Source of the DNA: Candidatus Calditenuis fumarioli
GTDB taxonomy: Archaea > Thermoproteota > Nitrososphaeria_A > Caldarchaeales > Calditenuaceae
Length of the DNA stretch: 64,000 bases
Direction of reading: 5' to 3'
Assembly: GCA_030059665.1 (NCBI GenBank)
Contig: JANVYR010000001.1
Span: 672,001 to 736,000 of the forward strand
Shown here piece after piece: positions 54,319 through 63,130 of this stretch (position 1 is the first letter of the stretch; every line of letters starts with the position of its first letter). The position numbers and the translations under genes are program-made. The notes under the pieces are model-generated. The model saw nothing but the letters and a program-made list of their open reading frames with translations, was not told where the DNA came from and did no database searches.

Positions 54319-55254
54319 GTACCAGTCCACGTACCTCCTCACCGTCTCCTCGAATCCCACCCTGGGCCTCCAGCCGAGCTCCCGTTGGGCCTTCGAGCTG
54401 TCGCTGTAGCTCACCAGAGCCTCGTGCGGTGCGAGCTCCCTTCTCCTCACCTCGACCCTCCGGTCCATGAGCTCCATCATCAGCTCCGCTAGCCTCAGCA
54501 CGCTCTGCGGCTCCCCCCTCCCGAGGTTGTAGATCTCGCCGGGCCTTCCCCTCTCGGCCGCGAGGATCGTTCCCTCGACCACGTCGCCCACGTAGGTGAA
54601 GTCCCTCTCCGCAGGCCTGAAGACGCCGTCGACGGTCCTGCCGTTCACGTCCACCGGCTGTCCGGACGCTATCCTGTCGGCGAAGACCTTAAAGACGATG
54701 TTCGACCTGCATCGCTCGCCGACGACGTTGAAGTACCTGACCGTTACCACCTCGAGGCCGTAGGACCTAACGTACTCCTTGCAGAGCTCCTCGCCGATCC
54801 ACTTGCTGAGCGCGTACGGCCCCTTCGGCCTCGGAGGCATCTCCTCCCTCAGGGGAGGCTGGTGGTCGCCGTAGACGCTGCTGGAGGAGGCGAATACCAC
54901 CCGCGGTGACGGCTCGGTTGTCCTGGCAGCCTCGAGGACGTTGAGCGTGGTCCTGACGTTGTTATCGATGAAGAGGTGAGGTTGCTCGACGCTCAGGCGG
55001 TGGGATGCGAGAGCTGCCAGGTGGAAGACGACCTCTGGTTTGAACCTCTCGAGCACCGTTTTGACGGCGTTCAGGTCGTTCAGGTCCAGAAGGAGCGCGA
55101 TCAGTCTGCCCTCGCCCTTGGCGCGCAGCAGGTCGTCGAGGTAGTTCTCCCCCAGGCGCGGGTGGCCGAGTGCGACGACGTCCTCGCCGAGTCCGATCAG
55201 GCGCTCGACCAGATGGCTGCCGATGAAGCCGAGACCACCGGTGACGAGCATCAC
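54304..55254 (-). CDS. NAD-dependent nucleotide-sugar epimerase/dehydratase (SDR)
   Basis: TGGLGFIGSH, ASSSSVYG, YALSK, RYFNV, RDFTYVGD. Confidence 0.93.
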   Translation of the reverse strand: MMLVTGGLGFIGSHLVERLIGLGEDVVALGHPRLGENYLDDLLRAKGEGRLIALLLDLNDLNAVKTVLERFKPEVVFHLAALASHRLSVEQPHLFIDNNVRTTLNVLEAARTTEPSPRVVFASSSSVYGDHQPPLREEMPPRPKGPYALSKWIGEELCKEYVRSYGLEVVTVRYFNVVGERCRSNIVFKVFADRIASGQPVDVNGRTVDGVFRPAERDFTYVGDVVEGTILAAERGRPGEIYNLGRGEPQSVLRLAELMMELMDRRVEVRRRELAPHEALVSYSDSSKAQRELGWRPRVGFEETVRRYVDWYLARR

Positions 55255-55261
55255 GTCTGCT

Positions 55262-56872
55262 TCACCCGACGAGCTCGTCCACCATCATCGCCACCTCCCT
55301 TATGCCTGCGACCGAGGACCTGACGTCCTTGAGGATCGGAGCGGTCATCTTCTCAAGGCTCGACCTCGAAAGCTCACCCCGGGCGAAGTCCGTGTACGTC
55401 TTGAGCAGCGTCCTGAGCGACTCGTTCAGGAGCGTTGAGCTCCGTTGGACCTCTGAGGTCATCTTGCTGACCTCGGGACCGCGGTACGATATCCGCCTCA
55501 GCTCCTCGAGGATCGCATCGGAGGACCTCTTCACCCTCTGGACCCTCTCCCTCAGCGCGGGGAGCGCCGACTTCTCCGGAGACCTCAAAACCCGGGATAT
55601 CTCCTCGACCTCCACCAGCACCTCCTCGATAGCCTCCCTGACCCTGGAGAGCGCGGCCCTGTCGCTCTCGGCGATCTTCGGTCTCGAACCCCTCCTGACC
55701 CTGAACTGGGCCAGAACGGATCCGAGGACCAGCGCCAGAACGCCGATCGCCAGCGCGTATGCGCCCCACGGCTGGGCCGGAGATCCGGAGAGGCTGAGGC
55801 GGAGCGAGCTAAGCGGTGCGGGGCCCGGCAAGGGCACCGGGGACCTCAGATCGGCCACCGTGCCTCCGGTTGAGAGGAGCTGGACGACGTAGTCCGGGAC
55901 CTCCGCGAGCCTGACGCCCTCCGGCAGCGCTACCCTCACCCTGAAGCTCTCGACCGGGGCCTCGACCGGCAGGAATGGGTGGACCTCCAGACCGCCGTCG
56001 CGGAGGACGTACAGCCCGGCGTTGGAGACGTCGAGCAGCACCGAGAAGCCGTACCTCCATCCCTGCCGCAGCTCGTACCTCTCAGGCGTCAGGTAGACCG
56101 TGAGCTTCCCGGCTTCGGGGTCGAAGGAGCTCCTGAGGGTTCCGAGGTCGTCGCCGACCCTGAGGACCTTGACCGATCTCGCCTCGGGAAGGACCAGATC
56201 GACGGAGCTGATGCCGTTGACGTCGTCGTTCCTGAGGACCAGGCTCAACCTGAGCTTGCCGGAGTAGGGCTCGAACTCCTCGACAAGCGACTCGACCGAG
56301 AGCAGCCTGACTCCGGTGCCGGTGAAGGTGAAGGCGTTAGCCGATGGTTTGCCCGCGGGCAGCTCACCGAAGGACCGGCTGGCCGAGCTCTCCGCCTTCT
56401 GGTAATCCGTCGGGACCTGGGAGAAGGACGAGTCGGTCGGCAGGCGTAACGTCACGTTGGCCGAGTAGGTCATCCCCTCCATCACCGGGACGTCGACGAG
56501 CCTGAGGACGTAGGTGTTGGCGGTGCGCTGCTCTACCTTGCCCCGGAGCGCGTACCAGACCTCGACCACCTGCGACGTGGGCCTGATCTCGATCGCCACC
56601 GAGCCGTCGTCGCGCTTCCTGACATCGAACGACGCTCCGGAGACGTAGTGGGAGATCAGACCTCCGGCGTCCTCGCTCGGCACCAGCAACGTGAACGCCG
56701 ATCCTCCGTGTCCGGTGATCCTGTCTTTCACGATCACCAGCCCGTACCCTGTGACCTCGACGGTCCTCTCGACGAAGGCCTGGGAGTCCTCGGCATGGGC
56801 CGCGATAACTGCGGCGAGAAGCGCCAGCGTCATTGCCGTTGCCAGCAGGTGCGTCTTCATTTCCCCATGCAC
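55262..56872 (-). CDS. Type I membrane protein, Ribophorin-I (RPN1/Ost1)-like
   Basis: Signal peptide, two beta-rich domains (VERTVEV; RYELRQGWR; VALPEG), one TM helix and a C-terminal helical bundle. Confidence 0.65.
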   Translation of the reverse strand: MHGEMKTHLLATAMTLALLAAVIAAHAEDSQAFVERTVEVTGYGLVIVKDRITGHGGSAFTLLVPSEDAGGLISHYVSGASFDVRKRDDGSVAIEIRPTSQVVEVWYALRGKVEQRTANTYVLRLVDVPVMEGMTYSANVTLRLPTDSSFSQVPTDYQKAESSASRSFGELPAGKPSANAFTFTGTGVRLLSVESLVEEFEPYSGKLRLSLVLRNDDVNGISSVDLVLPEARSVKVLRVGDDLGTLRSSFDPEAGKLTVYLTPERYELRQGWRYGFSVLLDVSNAGLYVLRDGGLEVHPFLPVEAPVESFRVRVALPEGVRLAEVPDYVVQLLSTGGTVADLRSPVPLPGPAPLSSLRLSLSGSPAQPWGAYALAIGVLALVLGSVLAQFRVRRGSRPKIAESDRAALSRVREAIEEVLVEVEEISRVLRSPEKSALPALRERVQRVKRSSDAILEELRRISYRGPEVSKMTSEVQRSSTLLNESLRTLLKTYTDFARGELSRSSLEKMTAPILKDVRSSVAGIREVAMMVDELVG

Positions 56873-56959
56873 GCTCAGCCCCCATCTCTAAAATCTTGAG
56901 TGGGACCCTTCGGTCAACTGCCAACTCTTTTGATCCGCTGAGACGTACGCTTTCAGGCT

Positions 56960-57565
56960 ATGCAGGAGATCGAGCCCCGGGTGCGGCCCTTCGACCCCCA
57001 CAAGAGGGGATACAGGGTGATGGGCGTCGCGGAGAGCTTCTCGCCCGACCAGCCGACGGCCACGCTCGGGGCAGTCGTCATGAGGGCCGACCTGATAGTG
57101 GACGGAGTGGCTCTGGGGAGGTGCAGGGTGATGGGGACCGACGCGACGGAGGCGGTGATCTCCTTGTACCGGTCGCTCGGAAGGGACGACGTCAACCTGA
57201 TACTTTTGGGCGGGTGCATCATCAGCCTCTTCAACGTGGTCAGGGTCAGGGAGGTGGCATCCGCGACGGGGCTGCCTGTGGTCTGCGTGACGTACAACCC
57301 ATCCGAGGGGCTCGAGGAGGTCCTCGTGCGGAGGTTCGGTCCGGATGCGGAGGAGAGGCTGGCCGCATACCGGGAGCTCGGAGGGAGGGAGGAGCTGAGG
57401 CTGAAGACCGGTTACACTGTCTACGTCAGGAGGGTCGGCGTCTCGAGGAGGGCAACGGAGGTGATGCTGAATTCGCTCACCGTCAGCGGCAGGGTACCCG
57501 AACCGGTCAGGCTAGCGAAGCTGGTGGCGAGGGCCGCGAGGTCGTTCCTCGGATCTTCACCGTGA
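56960..57565 (+). CDS. DUF99 family (endonuclease V-like) protein
   Basis: MGVAESF, GTDAT, GCIISLFNV, GRVPEPVRLA. Confidence 0.88.
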   Translation: MQEIEPRVRPFDPHKRGYRVMGVAESFSPDQPTATLGAVVMRADLIVDGVALGRCRVMGTDATEAVISLYRSLGRDDVNLILLGGCIISLFNVVRVREVASATGLPVVCVTYNPSEGLEEVLVRRFGPDAEERLAAYRELGGREELRLKTGYTVYVRRVGVSRRATEVMLNSLTVSGRVPEPVRLAKLVARAARSFLGSSP

Positions 57566-58591
57566 GACGACGGTACCGGGCGGGACCACCACCGGCTCCT
57601 CCGGCCTCCCCACGAGGACCGCACCGTCTTGGACGACGGATCCTGGACCGATCACGCACCTCTCCACCCTGGAGCCTGCGCCGATCCTGGCGTCCTCGAG
57701 CACCAGCGATTCCCTGACGGCCGTGCCGCGTCCGACGGTTGCGCCCCTCATCACCGCAGATGCGATCACGGAGGCCTCAGGACCGATTGTGACCAGATCG
57801 TCGACGAAGGACGTCCTGAGAACCGATCCGCTAAGGACCTTCGCTTCCCTCCCCAGGTGAAAACCACCTCCCAGCTCGCGGTTCAGGTAATCGACGTTGG
57901 CCCTGAGCAGCTCCGCAGGCCCTCCCAGGTCGAACCACCAGCTCCCCTCCGACCTCAGGACCCCGATCCTCCTGCCCCTCTTGACCAGGGCGACCACCGC
58001 GTCCGTCAGCTCGTACTCTCCCCTCGGAGAGGGAGGCACGGAGGAGGCCGCATCGACGACCTCGCCCGGAAGGACGTAGATCCCCGAGTTGACCAGCGCA
58101 GGAGGCCTCACGTCCCTCGACTTCTCCGCGATCCCCCTGAGCAGGCCTCCCTCCACCTCGAGCGTGCCGAACCTCCAAGGGTCATCCCGGACCACGCCGA
58201 TCAGACCTCCGTCAAGCCCCTTCACCCGCACCATCTCCAGCAGCTCCTCGAGCGGGCCCCTCGAGACCGTGACGTCGCCGTAGACCAGAACGAACCTGTC
58301 CTCTCCCGCAATGAAGTCCCTCGCGGCCAGCAGCGCGTCCGCCGTCCCCCGAGGCCTCTCCTGGGCGGAGAAGCTCAGCCTCACCTCTCTAACGTCCGAC
58401 AGGGCCTCCCTGATCCGGTCCGCCATGTACCCGACGACGACTCGGACCTCCTCAACGCCCACCTCGGAGAGGGCCTCGATCGCCCGCCGCACGACGGGTT
58501 TGCCGGCCACCGGCAGGAGGTGCTTCGGCCTCTCCGACGTGAGGGGGTTCATCCTCGATCCGATCCCGGCAGCTAGCACGACGGCCCTCAA
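57557..58591 (-). CDS. Sugar-phosphate nucleotidyltransferase (GlmU/RmlA-like with beta-helix)
   Basis: LAAGIGSRMNPLT...PKHLL, GTADA, EK, RGEYELTDA and hexapeptide tail. Confidence 0.92.
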   Translation of the reverse strand: MRAVVLAAGIGSRMNPLTSERPKHLLPVAGKPVVRRAIEALSEVGVEEVRVVVGYMADRIREALSDVREVRLSFSAQERPRGTADALLAARDFIAGEDRFVLVYGDVTVSRGPLEELLEMVRVKGLDGGLIGVVRDDPWRFGTLEVEGGLLRGIAEKSRDVRPPALVNSGIYVLPGEVVDAASSVPPSPRGEYELTDAVVALVKRGRRIGVLRSEGSWWFDLGGPAELLRANVDYLNRELGGGFHLGREAKVLSGSVLRTSFVDDLVTIGPEASVIASAVMRGATVGRGTAVRESLVLEDARIGAGSRVERCVIGPGSVVQDGAVLVGRPEEPVVVPPGTVVSR

Positions 58592-58665
58592 TCCACCGGT
58601 CCAGCGCGGAGAGCCACCTGAAAAATCAGAGCGCGGTTGTCGGGTGGGGGGAAGTCCCGAGGGCG

Positions 58666-59004
58666 TCAGCCGCGGGCGCTTCCCAGGATCCTCGCCAGCT
58701 CCTGGGCCTCCAGCAGGTTACCCTGGACCCTGAGCTTGCCGGAGAAGAACAGCTTGAACGGATCGGCCTGGCCCCTGAAGACGTCGATGAGGTCCGACGA
58801 CGCGGCTATCACGGTCGCCGTCGGGTTATTCGTCTCGCCCTCGTGGACGGCGATGCTGCCCGGCGATATGTGGAGGTAGAAGGGGGCGCCGTCGGTGGGC
58901 CTGAACTGGAACCTCCTCTCCTTCTTGGTCAGCTCGGCGAGGAGCTTCTGATCGGACGATATCCTGCCCACCAGCTCCCTGAGGGCCTCGTACGGTGACG
59001 ACAT
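58666..59004 (-). CDS. SCP2 sterol/lipid-binding domain protein
   Basis: DLIDVFRGQADPFKLFFSGKLRVQGNLLEA. Confidence 0.9.
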   Translation of the reverse strand: MSSPYEALRELVGRISSDQKLLAELTKKERRFQFRPTDGAPFYLHISPGSIAVHEGETNNPTATVIAASSDLIDVFRGQADPFKLFFSGKLRVQGNLLEAQELARILGSARG

Positions 59005-59057
59005 CTTCCCTCGTTCTCAGATCGAGGGGCCATCTGATAGCTGTTCCGATCGACCGC

Positions 59058-60146
59058 TCAACGACGCGAGAGGCCTATCCCCTTGCAGGTGAAGAGCACT
59101 CCTTTTTCGCCGAGCTGCTGGATCTCGAAGGACGCTCCCAGGACCCTCTCCGCGATGTACGCGGCCGTCTCGGCGTGGCTCGTCAGCTCCGTTGCGCGGT
59201 ACCTCGACGTGCCGTCAGCGAGGGCCGTCCATATCACCAGCTGGTCGGAGAGGTGGGAGTCGACGGGCGCGCCGGTTGAGAGCTGCCTAACCGCCTCCTC
59301 CACGGCCCTCTCCGCCACCTTCTCCGCCGGTACCCCCCTCTCGCCGAGGGCGTCGAAGCCCATCCTGAGGCCGTTGTCGAGCTCGACGATGACGATGATT
59401 CCCGTGCCGGGGTCGGGAGAGCACTTCGGGTCGTCGCGCTGGAGCACCTCCGTCTCCTCGACCACGTCCTTGAATCCCCTGCTCCTCAGAAGCGACGACG
59501 CGGTCCTGACCATCCGCTCCGTTATGTGCGAGGGTAGGTTGCAGCTGTACGCGAAGACCCTGATGCGAACGGGCCTCGCCTCCACGACCTCTATCGGTTT
59601 GAGCCTGGTGACCGGCCTCACCCTGGCCCTCACCACCCCTCCTCCTCTCGGGTAGAAGCCCCTTCTGACCAGCTCGACCTCGGCCTGGACGCCCATCCTC
59701 CTCAGCGCCGGCAGCAGGACCTCCGTCACGTACTCGATCGGCGGAGCCAACGGGTTGTTGGTCCCTCCCCTCAGCTCCAGCTCCACCTCGCCCTTCGCGA
59801 AGGACGCCACCGGCAGCAGCGACTGGAGCATCAGAGTCGTGCTACCGGCTGTTCCTGCGTCGACCACGAACCTCCCGGACCTCACCGGGCCCGGCCTGAA
59901 CTCGATCGATGTCGAGCCGATCCTGAGGCCCTCGATGCTACCTCCAGTGAGGTCAGCCACGCCCCTCACCGCGACCAGGTGCTGAGGCCTGAGTCCAGGA
60001 GGGTTACGCCTCGCCCTGATGTTGATCACCCTCAGGGGCCTCCCGAGCAGAGCCGCAGCCGAGACGGCCATCCTGAGGATCTGCCCCCCTCCCTCCCCGA
60101 AGGACCCGTCCACGACCACCAGCTCATCTGAGACCATCGCCATCAC
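59058..60146 (-). CDS. rtcA: RNA 3'-terminal phosphate cyclase
   Basis: DGSFGEGGGQILR, GLRPQHL, RRGFYPRGGG, DSHLSDQL. Confidence 0.96.
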   Translation of the reverse strand: MMAMVSDELVVVDGSFGEGGGQILRMAVSAAALLGRPLRVINIRARRNPPGLRPQHLVAVRGVADLTGGSIEGLRIGSTSIEFRPGPVRSGRFVVDAGTAGSTTLMLQSLLPVASFAKGEVELELRGGTNNPLAPPIEYVTEVLLPALRRMGVQAEVELVRRGFYPRGGGVVRARVRPVTRLKPIEVVEARPVRIRVFAYSCNLPSHITERMVRTASSLLRSRGFKDVVEETEVLQRDDPKCSPDPGTGIIVIVELDNGLRMGFDALGERGVPAEKVAERAVEEAVRQLSTGAPVDSHLSDQLVIWTALADGTSRYRATELTSHAETAAYIAERVLGASFEIQQLGEKGVLFTCKGIGLSRR

Positions 60147-61342
60147 CTCGCGGAGCTGACGATCGAGACCACGTCCCCCCTCCTCAGTTTGTAGTCCGAG
60201 GGGAGCCTGAGCTTGGTCCGCGCGTCGACGGCGTAGAGGAAGTTCCGTCCGAGGTCCGTGTGGATCTTGAAGGCGAGGTCCCTCGGCGTGGAGCCCTCCT
60301 TCACCAGGTAGACGTCGGGTAGGACGTTCCCCTTCGAGTCCGTGAGCGCGTTGGGGTCCTCCACCGGGAAGACCGGGACGTACCTGAGGACCTCGAGGTA
60401 GACCTTGTCGATCAGCTGCTGGACCCCGGTCCCGCCGTTACGCTCCATGAACTCCGCCACCATCTCGAGAGCCCTCTTCTGCTGGGCCGTGAGCTTACCC
60501 GGTTCGAGGACCTCGAACGTCCTCTCCCCCGGCATGTACCTCACGATGCCCTTCCTCGCCGCGAGCCTCAGCAGCTTCTCCGCCTCGGAGCTGCACGGCA
60601 CCACCTCGTACCCAGCCTCCCTCAGCCTCCTGATACCGCGCTCCGCTGTCGGGACGTCTGCCTTGTTCGCGGCCACGATCATCGGCTTCGTCAACCTCCT
60701 CACCGCGTCCGCGTACCTAACCAGGTCCTCCTCGCTCCACTTAGATGGCGTTGATCCGTCGAGCCCAGCCGCGCTGAGAGCGGCCTCGGCGTCGGCAGCG
60801 GTGACGCGCAGACCGGAGAGCCTGCTGGCGACCTCCTCCGGCAGCGTGGACTGCTTCGTCTCCACCAGCCTGACGAGCCTGTTCCAGTCCTTCCTGATCA
60901 GACCAGCGATCCAGAGGCTCAGCTCGCGCTCCACCAGCCTGACGTCCTCCACAGGGTCGTGCGTCCCCGGCTCCACGGGGTTGCCGTCGTCGTCGGTCCC
61001 TCCCGAGGCGTCTGCCACCACTATCAGCGCGTCGGCCTGCCTGATCTCGTCGAGGAACTGGAGCCCCATGCCCCTTCCCGCGTGAGCGCCCCTGACGATC
61101 CCGGGACAGTCGATCACCGTTATCGGCACGAACCTCCGGCCGTCCACGCAGATCGAGTTCCGCGGGTTGTCACGTACACCCAGCTCCTTGCACACGCAGT
61201 CGACCCTCAGGTAGGTTATGCCCCTGTTCGGTCTGGTAGTGGTGAAAGGGAAGTTCGCGGCTGGCACCTCGACCATCGTGAGCGCTGTGAAGAGGGTGCT
61301 CTTCCCGACGTTGGCCTTTCCGACGATGCCGGCCAGCTCCAT
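60143..61342 (-). CDS. ychF: YchF/Obg-family ATPase (archaeal)
   Basis: GKANVGKST, NFPFTT, DCPG, AANKAD and a TGS domain. Start at the ATG 61342. Confidence 0.92.
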   Translation of the reverse strand: MELAGIVGKANVGKSTLFTALTMVEVPAANFPFTTTRPNRGITYLRVDCVCKELGVRDNPRNSICVDGRRFVPITVIDCPGIVRGAHAGRGMGLQFLDEIRQADALIVVADASGGTDDDGNPVEPGTHDPVEDVRLVERELSLWIAGLIRKDWNRLVRLVETKQSTLPEEVASRLSGLRVTAADAEAALSAAGLDGSTPSKWSEEDLVRYADAVRRLTKPMIVAANKADVPTAERGIRRLREAGYEVVPCSSEAEKLLRLAARKGIVRYMPGERTFEVLEPGKLTAQQKRALEMVAEFMERNGGTGVQQLIDKVYLEVLRYVPVFPVEDPNALTDSKGNVLPDVYLVKEGSTPRDLAFKIHTDLGRNFLYAVDARTKLRLPSDYKLRRGDVVSIVSSAR

Positions 61343-61534
61343 CCGGATCACCAAAAGCCCACGGTCCTCATAAAGGGCAACAACCGCAGCGAGCCACAGG
61401 GAGAGCTCAGTTCCAGCGCGTCTCAGGTCGTCGCGTGGGATGGTCGGTGAGGTTCTGCGGTGGTGGTCTCCCTTGGGCGACCGGATACCGTTGACCCTAG
61501 CGGACCGCGATGAGCGTTATCTGGAGGGGCGGAC

Positions 61535-61744
61535 ATGGGGTTGGCGTTGAGCCCGAGGGCGGTGATCGTGCTGATGGCGGTCGCGTTCACCTTCCTCTCG
61601 GCCCTCGGCCTGGTTCTTTACGGGTTCTTGGCCGGCCTCCGGGTGGCCCTCAGGTTCCTGATGCCGCTGTTGCTGATCTTCCTTGTTCTGCTGTTGCTGA
61701 GCTCTCTCCTCGGAGGCTCTAGGACCGACTCACGTCCCAGCTGA
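61535..61744 (+). CDS. Small two-helix membrane protein (69 aa)
   Basis: Almost entirely hydrophobic ORF preceded by GGAGGGG. Confidence 0.55.
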   Translation: MGLALSPRAVIVLMAVAFTFLSALGLVLYGFLAGLRVALRFLMPLLLIFLVLLLLSSLLGGSRTDSRPS

Positions 61745-63016
61745 GGCCCTCAGCGCCGCCTCGAGCCTCAGCGGCCTGACCAGGTGCCTCCTCGCGGAGA
61801 CGGCCACCTCGTAGAGCCCCGGTCTGATGCCGCGATCTACTGCCACGAGGACCTTCTGCGCCCTCGGATCCCTGTGACCGCACCTCCCGCACCTGTAGCC
61901 CTGACCTCTGCCGGCCGACTCCATGGTCTTGCCGCAGACCGGGCACGCCGGCGCCCTCGCGGCGTAGACCTGCCTCAGCTCGATGACCCTCAGCTTCTCC
62001 AGGTTGAGCGTCAGGCCCTGCGGCTTCGCCTTGACGGCACCGTAGACCTCGACCAGGTCGCCCTCCACGAGCCTGAACGCGATTTCCCTTATCCTTCCCG
62101 TGGGCTCGTAAACCGCCACCGTCACGCTCCCCGTTCCGTCGTCGAGCTCGAAGAAGACGTGGCCTCCCGGGCCGATGCGGGGCCTTCCGACCACCCTGCC
62201 GGTGACGATCGCTGAGACGAGGGGCCTGAGGTCCTTCACGCTGAGCCGCTGGTAGTGGACGTCGGTCGCCTGGTTGGTCCTGAACACCTGGTAGAACTCG
62301 TAGGGCTCGCCGAGCCTCAGAACCGAGAGCGCCTCCGGGAGCACCTCGGGTGAGGTACCCCTGATCCCCAGCAGGACAGGGCAGGGAGTGTGGGGGGTGA
62401 GCCTGACCTCGCCATTCTCGTAGTCGAAGTTGTCGAAGGTTCGGTCGCCGAAGAGCGCGTCCATCCTCACGACCGACTCGGGATCGACCCACCTCTCCCT
62501 CCCCCACATCTCCCTCCTGCGATACGCGAGGAGCTCGTAGGTGGTGAGCGTCCCGACCGATGCGCCGGCAGCGGCAACCGCCCCGACGATCCCCCTCCCC
62601 TCACCGTGCCTCCAGAAGGCGAGGGCGTACCTCTCCGCCAGCTCCAGCGCCTCCTCGACCTCGACCATCTCCCTCACGGCCCTGAAGTAGAACCGCTCCA
62701 GGTGCCCCCGGTTCTCCTCGGGGAAGGCCGCAACGCCGGGATCGGCGCCGTTCTCGAGCTCCGCGAGCTCCCTCACGACACCGAGCACCGCCTCCCAGAC
62801 CCGATCGAATCCGGACCGCTCGACCTCCAGCGGCAGGCAGACCGCTGCGTTCCCGCGGGTCTTGTACGGGCAGTTGGGGTTGAGCCTGACCAACCAGGGG
62901 TGATCCGCGGCCCTCGCTCCCTCTCCCTCCGCGGCCCTGAGGGCCCTCGCGGCCACGTAGGTCGTGCACATCCCCTTCGGCGAGTCGGTGTCGTCGATCC
63001 CGATGTAGACCAGCAT
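61730..63016 (-). CDS. tiaS: tRNA(Ile2) agmatinylcytidine synthase
   Basis: YIGIDDTDS..GMCTT, LVRLNPN.P.KTRGN, PHTPCPVL.GIRG, TNQATD, OB fold and CPVCG...CGRC. Confidence 0.96.
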   Translation of the reverse strand: MLVYIGIDDTDSPKGMCTTYVAARALRAAEGEGARAADHPWLVRLNPNCPYKTRGNAAVCLPLEVERSGFDRVWEAVLGVVRELAELENGADPGVAAFPEENRGHLERFYFRAVREMVEVEEALELAERYALAFWRHGEGRGIVGAVAAAGASVGTLTTYELLAYRRREMWGRERWVDPESVVRMDALFGDRTFDNFDYENGEVRLTPHTPCPVLLGIRGTSPEVLPEALSVLRLGEPYEFYQVFRTNQATDVHYQRLSVKDLRPLVSAIVTGRVVGRPRIGPGGHVFFELDDGTGSVTVAVYEPTGRIREIAFRLVEGDLVEVYGAVKAKPQGLTLNLEKLRVIELRQVYAARAPACPVCGKTMESAGRGQGYRCGRCGHRDPRAQKVLVAVDRGIRPGLYEVAVSARRHLVRPLRLEAALRASAGT

Positions 63017-63130
63017 CCTCCGTTCGAGGTGACCAGAGCCCGCTATGTAGGTCTGTGCGCGGAAGCTGCCCTACAGTGTCCCATCAGACCGGGTTTGCGG
63101 CCGTGAGCAGAATGGTGAGCAGGCCGGCCC

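Noticed and set aside
61355-61530. Possible ncRNA or extended ychF N-terminus in the ychF upstream spacer
   Set aside because: Only short GC stems, with no C/D, H/ACA or SRP motifs and no support for coding.
63017-63130. Alternative hairpins upstream of tiaS (GGTCTG/CAGACC, TGTAGG/CCTACA)
   Set aside because: 6-bp stems are common at this GC content and there is no further supporting feature.
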